Shown here: positions 1-8,107 of the stretch, piece after piece | Numbering within the stretch: the stretch's first letter is position 1 | How the letters are laid out: every line of letters begins with the position of its first letter | Assembly (NCBI GenBank): GCA_964468745.1 | Contig: CAYXVY010000201.1 | Location: 4,584-68,583 of the forward strand | Length of the DNA: 64,000 bases | Origin: an uncultured Planctomycetales bacterium | GTDB taxonomy: Bacteria; Planctomycetota; MHYJ01; JACPRB01 | Reading direction: 5' to 3' | Made by a program: the position numbers and the translations under genes | The notes under the pieces: generated by a model | Database searches by the model: none | Told to the model about the DNA's origin: nothing | Seen by the model: only the letters and a program-made list of their open reading frames with translations

Positions 1-225
1 CATTCCAGGTTTTCGTCAATGATCCGGGGAACTTCACGCAGGATTATGTGCGCTACCTGGAACGGAAGTTCCGGACGTACCTGCCGTTCGCCGAAGTTCC
101 CATCCGGCTGCAGTTGCGCTCGAAGAGAGGCCGCTGAGGGGACAAAGCGCACGGGGCGTGTGGGGGGCGCAGCGCGCTGTTTTGGGGATCATCAGCACAC
201 CCCAAATGAAAAGCTGTGTGCGCTT

Positions 226-2133
226 TCAACGCGCGAACAGGACGACCTTGTTGCGCCCGCCGTTCTTCGCCTGGTACAGAGCCTCGTCCGCATAGCGCAC
301 GAGAGTCGAGTGCGTGTCTCCAGCGCCGAGTTCGGCGACGCCGAGGCTCACCGTGCACGGAATCGTCCGTCCGTCGAACATGAAGTGCTCCTGTTCGATC
401 GCCGCGCGAATCTGCTCCGCGACCCCCATCGTGGCCGCCGCCGTTCGGCCCGGCAGATAGGCCACGAATTCCTCACCGCCGTACCGCCCGACCATACCGC
501 CCAGACGCAGGACGTGGTCTTTCACGATTCGCGCCGCCTGGCTGAGAACGACGTCCCCGCCCGCGTGGCCGAATTCGGTGTTCTTTTGGCGGAAATGGTC
601 CAAGTCGAACATGAGCACCGTCAGCGGCGCTTTCTGCTGGCGGTGCGCCTCGACTTCCTCCTCGAGCCGCGCGAAGAAGAATTGGCGCGTGAAGAGCTGC
701 GTGAGGCCGTCGATCGTCGCCTTCTCGAAGAAGCGCGCGTTTTGCAGGGATACGCCGACTTGCGCGGCGAAGATCGTCACGAGTTCCTGATCATCTTCGT
801 CGAACGCCCGGCGGTGACGGCGGTCGGTCACGCATAGTACGCCGACGGGTTTCGATTCGCCCCGCAACCCCTCTCTCCGCGCGACGATCGGCACCACCAT
901 ATACGCGCGCGCCTCATAGGGACGTCCCGGCGTATCTGCATCCGTCGCACGGAGGGCCACATTATTCGCGAACGCGAGCCCCGCGACCCCGTCGCCCGGT
1001 TTGATCGCGATCGATTCGGCCAGCGGCTTCTGCAAATGCGTCGAATGAGCGATGCGCAGCACGGCGGCGGATTCGTCGAGCAGCATGAGCGTTGCCTTCG
1101 AGCAGTCGAAGATGCGTCCGAGGCTCTCGACCGCCTCGCGGACGATCAGCTCGCGCGAGAGGAAGGAACTGATGCGGCGGGACGTCTCGCTCAATCTGAT
1201 CAGCTTCTGACTGCGCTCCGTCTGCCGTTCGTAGCTCAGGACATTTTCGATCGCCAGCGCGCCTTGCGTCGCGATGCCGCCAAGCAGCTGAAGGTCCGGC
1301 GGCGTGTAGTTCTTGAGCGGGTTCAGGGTGTCGGCGTGAATCGCGCCGAGGATGCGGTCTTGCTTGACGATCGGGGCGCACATCGCGGACTGGATGTTCT
1401 GCTCGAGGATGCTCTGGCCGCCGATGAATCGCTTGTCCGCCGCGGCATTGCGCGTGATGATCCCTTCGCGCTTTTCGATCGCCTCGTTGATGATCGTGTA
1501 GCTCACCTTAGTGAAGCCGTCCGCCTCGCTGCGCGCCGTCAGACGCTTGCCGGCTACCCGGAGATGGCCGATCTCGTCGTAGAGCAGGATGAATACCCTA
1601 TCGGGACCGAAGACGTCGGAGATGATCGTGATCAGCCCGTCGAGGAGGTCCTCGAGATTGAGCGTCGCGTTCAGCGTCGAGGAGACCCGATAAAACGTCT
1701 CGAGGTGCGTGGCGATGCGGTCGGACTTCCGAAGCGCGTCGAGCATCAGGTGGGGATCGCTTGACATCTTGACGCGCGACTCTATGACCGACTTGCCGAG
1801 CTTTGCTTCCAGCGCGTCGTCCGCGACGTAGTCATGCGGCAGAGCCGGCGTCTCGTCGCTGAAGAGGAGCGAGAGGGGTCCGATCGTGAGAATGTCGCCG
1901 TGGCGCAGTGCCTCTTCGGTGACGTCGCGGCTGTTGACCGTCAGCGCGGCCCGGGGTTCCGCGCGGGAGAGCCGGTATTCGCCGTCGCGGTACTTGATCA
2001 CCGCGTGGGTGGGCTGGACGCCGGGCTCGTCCAGGATGATCGAGTTCTGCGCGTCGCTGCCTATCATGCTCGTTGAGGAGAGCAGCAATGCTGTTCCCAT
2101 CTGCTGACCATCGATGAAGACGATTTGTGCCAC
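226..2133 (-). CDS. FHA-GAF-GAF-GGDEF diguanylate cyclase
   Basis: N-terminal FHA-like segment (GDILTIGPLSLLF), two GAF-like regions, C-terminal RYGGEEF GGDEF signature. Confidence 0.85.
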   Translation of the reverse strand: MAQIVFIDGQQMGTALLLSSTSMIGSDAQNSIILDEPGVQPTHAVIKYRDGEYRLSRAEPRAALTVNSRDVTEEALRHGDILTIGPLSLLFSDETPALPHDYVADDALEAKLGKSVIESRVKMSSDPHLMLDALRKSDRIATHLETFYRVSSTLNATLNLEDLLDGLITIISDVFGPDRVFILLYDEIGHLRVAGKRLTARSEADGFTKVSYTIINEAIEKREGIITRNAAADKRFIGGQSILEQNIQSAMCAPIVKQDRILGAIHADTLNPLKNYTPPDLQLLGGIATQGALAIENVLSYERQTERSQKLIRLSETSRRISSFLSRELIVREAVESLGRIFDCSKATLMLLDESAAVLRIAHSTHLQKPLAESIAIKPGDGVAGLAFANNVALRATDADTPGRPYEARAYMVVPIVARREGLRGESKPVGVLCVTDRRHRRAFDEDDQELVTIFAAQVGVSLQNARFFEKATIDGLTQLFTRQFFFARLEEEVEAHRQQKAPLTVLMFDLDHFRQKNTEFGHAGGDVVLSQAARIVKDHVLRLGGMVGRYGGEEFVAYLPGRTAAATMGVAEQIRAAIEQEHFMFDGRTIPCTVSLGVAELGAGDTHSTLVRYADEALYQAKNGGRNKVVLFAR

Positions 2134-2191
2134 GTGGTGCTGTCCCCCACCCCCAATACGTTGCCGAGAATTCTACGGTATACTGCGGCCC

Positions 2192-3856
2192 ATGCAACGC
2201 CTCGTCGCACTTCTTCTAATTGCGAGTCTGTCGCGGTTCGGTTGGACGCAGGAGTCGGAGGAGCGCGGACAGTTCGTCATCCACATGGCAGGGAAGAAGG
2301 TCGGTACGGAGGAGTGGCGCGTCGAGAAGTTCCCCGAGGGAGGTACCGGCGTCTTCGCGAAGACGAAGCTAACGATCGAATCGAAGGGCAACGCGCTCGT
2401 CGCCGCGAACGACACCGCGCTCAAGCTCGACAAGGACGGGCGCGTCGCCACGTACGCGGGCATCGCGAAGGTGAACGATCTGGAGCAGGAGACGCGGATC
2501 GAGGTAAAGGCGGGCAAGGCCGCGATCGCCACGAAGTCCGGCGGCAACGAAGCGACGAAGGAGGCGAAACTCGGCGAGAAGTCGCACCTCCTCGACAACA
2601 ATTGCTTCATCCAGATCGGTCTCATCGCGCGAACGTACGACGCGAAAAAGGGACGTTTTTACCCCATCCGCATCTTCGCGATCGGGACGCTCGGCGAGCT
2701 CGACGCGTCGATCGATGATCGTGGCCCGATGCGGATGACGTCGGGCGACAAGTCCGTCGACGTGCGCCACATCATCGTCAACGTCGGCCGGCTCGGCATC
2801 AGCGTCTACCTGCGCGGTGACGGGCGTGTGGCGGCGGTCCGGAATCCGATGCAGGGCGTGACGGCCTACCTTGCGGAGTACGAAGGATGGGTCGTCGGCG
2901 GTTTGCGCGTTGAGATCAAGCGCCCGGACGGCGTTGTCGAGTCCGAAGTGACGTTTAAGAGCGGCGGCATCACGCTCTCCGGCTCGTTCACACGGCCGCG
3001 CGAGCTCAAACGCCTGGCGGCAGCCGTTGTGCTCGTCTCGGGTTCCGGCCCGCAGGATCGCGATGAAAACGTCGTCGGCGCGAAAGTCGAGGATGCGTTC
3101 CAGTGGAGCATCTTCAAGAGCACGGCGTATGAGCTCTCGGCCGCCGGGTTCGGCGTGCTTCGTTACGATGACCGCGGCGTGGCGAAGAGCGAAGGGGTAT
3201 TCGACCTGGCCAAACTGAGCGATTTCGTGGCGGATGCGGCGGCGGCCGTGGCGTACCTGCGGACTCGGGACGACGTCGATCCGGACCTCGTCGGCATCGT
3301 GGGCCACAGCGAGGGGGGGATTGTCGCGCCAATCGTCGCGAACAAAGACGCGCGCGTGCGCGCTCTATTCCTGATGGCCGGAACGGGCAGACCGCTTGAC
3401 GCCGTCATTCTCCAGCAGAGCGAGGCGGGGTTGCGCGAACAGGGCGTGTCCGAAGACGTCATCGCGCGCCAGCTGGAGAAGCAGCGCGCGCAATTCGCGG
3501 AGATCCGAACCTGCGAGAGCGACTGGATTACCATCGACGAGCGGGAGACGTTCATTGGGTGGCTGCGCGAACACTTCGAACACGATCCCGCCAGGGAGAT
3601 CGCCGGAGTGAAGGCGGCCGTCGTCGTCTTCCAGGGCATGAAGGACGCGCAGGTCTATCCGGAAAATGCGGAGTTGCTCGAGAAGGCGATGAAAGGGGCG
3701 GGGAAGGAGAATTTCGAGGTGCGACGCTATACCGACCTCGACCACCTGTTTATGAAGCACAAGGCGGGCATCGCGGACTACGCGGACGCGTCACGGCGCG
3801 TCGACGAGTCGTTTCTTCGCGAGCTTGCGACCGCGCTCGGGAAATGGCTGCGATGA
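2192..3856 (+). CDS. secreted alpha/beta-hydrolase (dienelactone hydrolase / S9-like)
   Basis: signal peptide MQRLVALLLIASL, nucleophile elbow GHSEGG, VVVFQGMKD motif; start chosen at the ATG that gives the signal peptide. Confidence 0.7.
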   Translation: MQRLVALLLIASLSRFGWTQESEERGQFVIHMAGKKVGTEEWRVEKFPEGGTGVFAKTKLTIESKGNALVAANDTALKLDKDGRVATYAGIAKVNDLEQETRIEVKAGKAAIATKSGGNEATKEAKLGEKSHLLDNNCFIQIGLIARTYDAKKGRFYPIRIFAIGTLGELDASIDDRGPMRMTSGDKSVDVRHIIVNVGRLGISVYLRGDGRVAAVRNPMQGVTAYLAEYEGWVVGGLRVEIKRPDGVVESEVTFKSGGITLSGSFTRPRELKRLAAAVVLVSGSGPQDRDENVVGAKVEDAFQWSIFKSTAYELSAAGFGVLRYDDRGVAKSEGVFDLAKLSDFVADAAAAVAYLRTRDDVDPDLVGIVGHSEGGIVAPIVANKDARVRALFLMAGTGRPLDAVILQQSEAGLREQGVSEDVIARQLEKQRAQFAEIRTCESDWITIDERETFIGWLREHFEHDPAREIAGVKAAVVVFQGMKDAQVYPENAELLEKAMKGAGKENFEVRRYTDLDHLFMKHKAGIADYADASRRVDESFLRELATALGKWLR

Positions 3857-4194
3857 AGAAGCTGTTCGAGATCCTCTCGCCGGACGAGAAGGCGCAGGTG
3901 GAGAAGAGCCTCGATGCGACGACGGCCCCGACGCCGCGCGCGCGGGAAAAGACGCAGAACGTCCGTCGCATCGTCGAGGAGCGCTGCGTGGTCGATCCGG
4001 AGGCCGAGGCGCGCTGGAGCGCAAGCACGGAGCGCGTGCGGCAGAAGGTGCTTGCCGAGACGATCTGGAGGCTCGGGTGCATAATCGAGGGGTCGTCCAC
4101 AGCGGTGATGGGGCTGGATTCGTTCTCGATGGGACACGGCTTCAAGCTCGCGCATCGCAAGCTCGATGCCGGAGCGGCGTTTATACTGTTTTAG
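3844..4194 (+). CDS. hypothetical protein (116 aa)
   Basis: ORF begins MAAMKKLFEIL right at the hydrolase stop, with a 13-nt overlap; no recognisable domain. Confidence 0.35.
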   Translation: MAAMKKLFEILSPDEKAQVEKSLDATTAPTPRAREKTQNVRRIVEERCVVDPEAEARWSASTERVRQKVLAETIWRLGCIIEGSSTAVMGLDSFSMGHGFKLAHRKLDAGAAFILF

Positions 4195-4205
4195 CGGGTG
4201 CGACC

Positions 4206-4730
4206 ATGAGGCGAATCGCGGTGCTGGGGCTGCTGGCCGCGGCCGGGTGCAATATCCCGAGCTACACGAAGGGGGAATGGCCGGCAGAGCTTCCGCCGGA
4301 GCAGTTCTACGTTGACGCGTACACCGCGGATCACGCTAATGCGAAGGTGCAGTCGTCGAACGACTACTTCGACTGGGTACTGCGTTTCTACAAGGGCTAC
4401 CAGGTCGTGCCGGGGTGGGAGAAGCAGGAGGCGGGGCTGAAGAAGCAGCTCGGCGACGAGGCGTACGCGGCCATCGCGCCGCGCCTGTGGGACCTGGGCC
4501 GCGTGATTTCGGCCGAGTGGGCCAAGCTCAACACGACGCGCAAGATCGACAGCGCGATGCTCCAGCTATGGGGAAACGTGCTGCAGAAGTCGTGTGCGGC
4601 GAAGAAGCTGGACGCCGCGATCGACAGGATCAACGCGGACGTGAAGGACGTGCTCGTCGGCACGCTCGCGAAGGCGGACGTCGTGAAGAAGGACCGGTAC
4701 GCCGACGTGCTGCCCGCGAAGACGCCGTAA
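4206..4730 (+). CDS. hypothetical lipoprotein
   Basis: MRRIAVLGLLAAAGC lipobox-type signal; the upstream part of the long ORF is non-genic. Confidence 0.55.
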   Translation: MRRIAVLGLLAAAGCNIPSYTKGEWPAELPPEQFYVDAYTADHANAKVQSSNDYFDWVLRFYKGYQVVPGWEKQEAGLKKQLGDEAYAAIAPRLWDLGRVISAEWAKLNTTRKIDSAMLQLWGNVLQKSCAAKKLDAAIDRINADVKDVLVGTLAKADVVKKDRYADVLPAKTP

Positions 4731-4760
4731 CAGCTGGAGCAGAGGGTCAGTCGATAATCC

Positions 4761-5414
4761 ATGTCTGCAATCGCCATCGTGGTCTGCCTCGTCGCGCTGG
4801 GCGCGCTCGGCTGGCTGGGCTGGATCAGCGTGCAGAGTCTCCGGCAGGCGGCATTGATGCGCGGCGCACACGATACGGTCACGCGGGACATGCAGGACGC
4901 GTCCGTCGCGCTGTACGGCGACGTGCGCGTCGAGCGGGGATTGGGCGGCGCGGGCCACTCGTGCCTCTGGCGTCGCACGGTCTACGAGGAGCGGTCGGGA
5001 TGGGGCCGGCGCCGGCACTGGCGCACCGTATCGGACGAGGCGGACATCGCGGACTTCGTCTTGATGGTTCATGGGGCCGAAGTGCGCATCGACGAACTGC
5101 CGACCGAGGTGCAGGGCGCGGCATCCGATCGCGGTTACGAGGGGGGCGGGTTCTTCGGGTTCGGCGGCCCCGATTCGCGCCACACCGAATACTGGCTGCC
5201 GGTCGTTCCTCAACTCACGATCGTGGGGCGACTGGAGAATCGCGGGGGCCGCTGGCTGTTGAAGCGCGACACGACGATCGGTCTGCTGTTTTCCGCGGAG
5301 GCTCCCACAGTCGCGGCGCGAGCGGAGCTGATGAAGGGGCTTGCGGGCATCGCCGGAATTGTTGCAGGCATCGTCTTTGTCATCTGGTTTCTTACATCGA
5401 ACAATCTGCGCTGA
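4761..5414 (+). CDS. membrane protein with N- and C-terminal TM helices
   Basis: hydrophobic helices at both ends (IAIVVCLVALGALGWLGW and GIAGIVAGIVFVIWFL) around a Gly-rich middle. Confidence 0.5.
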   Translation: MSAIAIVVCLVALGALGWLGWISVQSLRQAALMRGAHDTVTRDMQDASVALYGDVRVERGLGGAGHSCLWRRTVYEERSGWGRRRHWRTVSDEADIADFVLMVHGAEVRIDELPTEVQGAASDRGYEGGGFFGFGGPDSRHTEYWLPVVPQLTIVGRLENRGGRWLLKRDTTIGLLFSAEAPTVAARAELMKGLAGIAGIVAGIVFVIWFLTSNNLR

Positions 5415-5563
5415 TCTGGATCGGAACCCACCTTCGCCGACTTTCACAAGGCACAGTGTGCTTGCGGGCTTCGGCGGGCGAGTCGGGATTTAAAAATGAA
5501 GCACCCTACGGCGGGTACCGCAGGGCGCTTCGGCAGGAGCGAAGTTGTGGGAATCTGGTGCGG

Positions 5564-7180
5564 TCAGGCTCTCTTCGCTGCCTCCCTAAGAATTGCGCCG
5601 GTCAGCCCGATCAGGAGTAGAAGCCCCGCGATTGCGGGGATCGCGCCGCCGGAATCGTTGTCGAGAACTGATCCTGAGCAGGCGCCGCCCTTATTCTTGC
5701 GGCCGCCCACCGATCCGAAGATCGAGCCCGGGAATGCATTCGGATCTTCGCGGATTCCGATGCCGTCATTCCCGCACCATTTGCGGTCGGGAGGCGTGAT
5801 CAGCATCTGCTCGGCGGTCGTGAGGCAGAGGTGCGTGGCGGGGGCGCCTACGAGCGCCGACGGCGCATCGACCGTGAGCCCGCTTGTCGCCGGCGTCACC
5901 GCGCCGACGGCGTAATCGTACGACCCATCGTCGGCGCCGACGTAGATCTTGTCCTTCACCACGTTTGGCCAGATGCCCGTGGCGCCGCTGAAGGGCCACG
6001 CGCCGCGCTGTGCCGGCAGGTCAGGGGCGCTGGGCGGTCCCGGGGGGCCTGTCACGAGCCTCGGAATCCACCACGCATGCAAAGTGAGGCCACCCTTGAA
6101 GCTGCCGTTCGCGCCGGAGGTCGCAAACAGGTAATTGCCGATCACCTTGATCTGGTGGAACACCGTCGGGAATCCCGCGGAGCCCGCCACAAAACCGGAG
6201 ATCACGGCGGTCGTCAGCGGGATCGTCGCCGAGTCGGCGTCATATACGTCGATCATGGCCCCGTAGACGGGGGGCGGCGACGAGAGCAGCACGGCTCTGC
6301 CGACGATGAGGTAGTTCCGTCCGGTGGCGATACCGGGGATGCCTGCGGGTGCCGTCCACGTCTGAATGCGATGCGAGTCGTCGTCGAGGCCGGCCAGCGG
6401 CATGCTCTTGATTCGCGTCCCCCACGGCACGCCCGTGGAGCCGGTGCCACCGATCTGCGTCGCGAGCGACGGGAACGGCGGTCCATACGTCGTCATGGAC
6501 GGCGTCGGATTCCACGGGTCCTGCGTGGCGCCCGCGAGAAGCACGTCCGTCTCGCGCAAGTCGATGCACCAGATCGCGTCCATCGTCGATCCACTCGGCG
6601 ACTTGTCCGTCCAGAACCAGCGATACGCGGGATTGACCGACGTAAAGGCGCCGCCGGTCGATCGCGTGAAGCCGGCGTCCGTGGGGGCGTATCCCGACCC
6701 GAGATGCACGAAGAGTTCGTTGATGTTGCTGACGTGTGGATCGAAGAACTCGTGGGTGCTGCCGCTGGGGTACGTTCCCACGACGAAGTAGTGCGGATTG
6801 AGAGGGGGCACATTCACGTACACGGCGCCCTGAAGCGAACCGGTCGTGCCCGTCACTGTCACGGGCGTGCCGTTCCCCGGCCCGATGCGGCGGACGCCGA
6901 CGCTCCCCGGCGAGATCGCCAGGACCACGGACGGGTTGATGTTGCTTGGGTGGCCGGCGAGTTCGTACATCGACTGTCCCGTGCTGGCCGAGCTCTCGAA
7001 CGTATCGATCCCTGCACCCGTGGTCCGGATGCGGCTCAAATACGCGAACCCCGGCCCGTGGTACGCGTACGAGTAGTCGCGAACGGTTGCTTGAGCCTGC
7101 GGGCTGTCTACGGCAATGCCCGCGAAAGCGACGACCGCGCTTGCGATGAACAGAAAACGCGACCCCACAAAACTGCGCAT
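5564..7180 (-). CDS. secreted protein, paralog A, MYXO-CTERM-like C-terminal sorting signal
   Basis: signal peptide MRSFVGSRFLFIASAVVAFAGIA; C-terminus GGACSGS...AIAGLLLLIGLTGAILREAAKRA (Cys, TM helix, basic tail); about 55% identical to the protein at 34397..35968. Confidence 0.75.
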   Translation of the reverse strand: MRSFVGSRFLFIASAVVAFAGIAVDSPQAQATVRDYSYAYHGPGFAYLSRIRTTGAGIDTFESSASTGQSMYELAGHPSNINPSVVLAISPGSVGVRRIGPGNGTPVTVTGTTGSLQGAVYVNVPPLNPHYFVVGTYPSGSTHEFFDPHVSNINELFVHLGSGYAPTDAGFTRSTGGAFTSVNPAYRWFWTDKSPSGSTMDAIWCIDLRETDVLLAGATQDPWNPTPSMTTYGPPFPSLATQIGGTGSTGVPWGTRIKSMPLAGLDDDSHRIQTWTAPAGIPGIATGRNYLIVGRAVLLSSPPPVYGAMIDVYDADSATIPLTTAVISGFVAGSAGFPTVFHQIKVIGNYLFATSGANGSFKGGLTLHAWWIPRLVTGPPGPPSAPDLPAQRGAWPFSGATGIWPNVVKDKIYVGADDGSYDYAVGAVTPATSGLTVDAPSALVGAPATHLCLTTAEQMLITPPDRKWCGNDGIGIREDPNAFPGSIFGSVGGRKNKGGACSGSVLDNDSGGAIPAIAGLLLLIGLTGAILREAAKRA

Positions 7181-7379
7181 TGGTGAGCCCCTCCAACGAT
7201 CGACCCTGTTGGCACCGCACCCGACATCGTCCTTGCATATCCATTTGCGAAAGGGCCCGCGACTTCTTGAGAAATCTTCACGACCAAAACAATTTCGATG
7301 CAATGTGTCACTTCGGAGTTGGCTTTTCTGTGCGGACGCTATGAGAATGAGGGCGCGCATGCACGAACTTGAAACGCGG

Positions 7380-8105
7380 ATGGGAGGATCGGCAGAGAAC
7401 TTCCCGAACACGACGTGGGCGTCCCTCTTTTCGATGACAGACGCGGCGTCGGCCGCGGCGCGACAGGAGGCGTTGAGCAAGATCGTCGGGCGGTATTGGC
7501 GGCCCGTCTACGCCTACGTGCGCGCCTCCGCGGGGAAGCCCGTCGAAGACGCGAAGGATCTCACGCAGGCGTTCTTCTGCCACATGATCGAGGACGACAT
7601 GTTCGCGAAGTACGTCCGCGAGCGCGGGCGGTTTCGCGACTACCTCAAAGGCGCCTTGCGCAATTTCCTCGCGGAATCGTACCGTTCAAGCTCGGCGCTG
7701 AAGCGCGGCGGCGGCCGTGCGGTCGTTCCGCTCGACACGGCCCAGATGGAAACGGAGGCGTTCGGCCGGCAGCTGCGGGAGGCGAATCCTGAGGAGATGT
7801 TCGACCGTCAGTGGGCGCGCGACCTGCTCATGGAGGCGCTGCAGGACCTGCGCCGCCAGCTCGAGGGCGAGGGACGGCAGGACCAGTGGCGCGTGTACGA
7901 GACGATCGAACTCTCAAGCGAGAGCCCCGTGCCGAGCTACGAGGACATCTCGAAGCGCTTCGCGATTTCGACGCACGAAGTGAAGAACGCGCTGTTCGCG
8001 GTGCGCGGCCGGCTGCACCGCATCCTCCGCGAGAAAATCTCGTCGATCGTGACGTCGGAGCGCGAGCTGCGCGACGAGATGAAACACCTGTTCGGGAGCA
8101 GCTGA
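7380..8105 (+). CDS. ECF-like sigma-70 family factor (kinase-associated type)
   Basis: conserved N-terminus MGGSAENFPNTTW shared by three paralogs; sigma region 2 YWRPVYAYV...DLTQAFF; region 4-like C-terminus. Confidence 0.7.
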   Translation: MGGSAENFPNTTWASLFSMTDAASAAARQEALSKIVGRYWRPVYAYVRASAGKPVEDAKDLTQAFFCHMIEDDMFAKYVRERGRFRDYLKGALRNFLAESYRSSSALKRGGGRAVVPLDTAQMETEAFGRQLREANPEEMFDRQWARDLLMEALQDLRRQLEGEGRQDQWRVYETIELSSESPVPSYEDISKRFAISTHEVKNALFAVRGRLHRILREKISSIVTSERELRDEMKHLFGSS

Positions 8106-8107
8106 CC

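Noticed and set aside
19-837. 272-aa ORF on the plus strand at the window start
   Set aside because: It lies entirely antisense to the FHA-GAF-GGDEF gene and has the R/A/L/V-rich composition typical of antisense frames in high-GC DNA; no domain signal.
5564-7480. 638-aa version of secreted paralog A
   Set aside because: The first 100 residues precede the obvious signal peptide MRSFVGSRF and would overlap the divergent promoter region. The start was reassigned to 7180.
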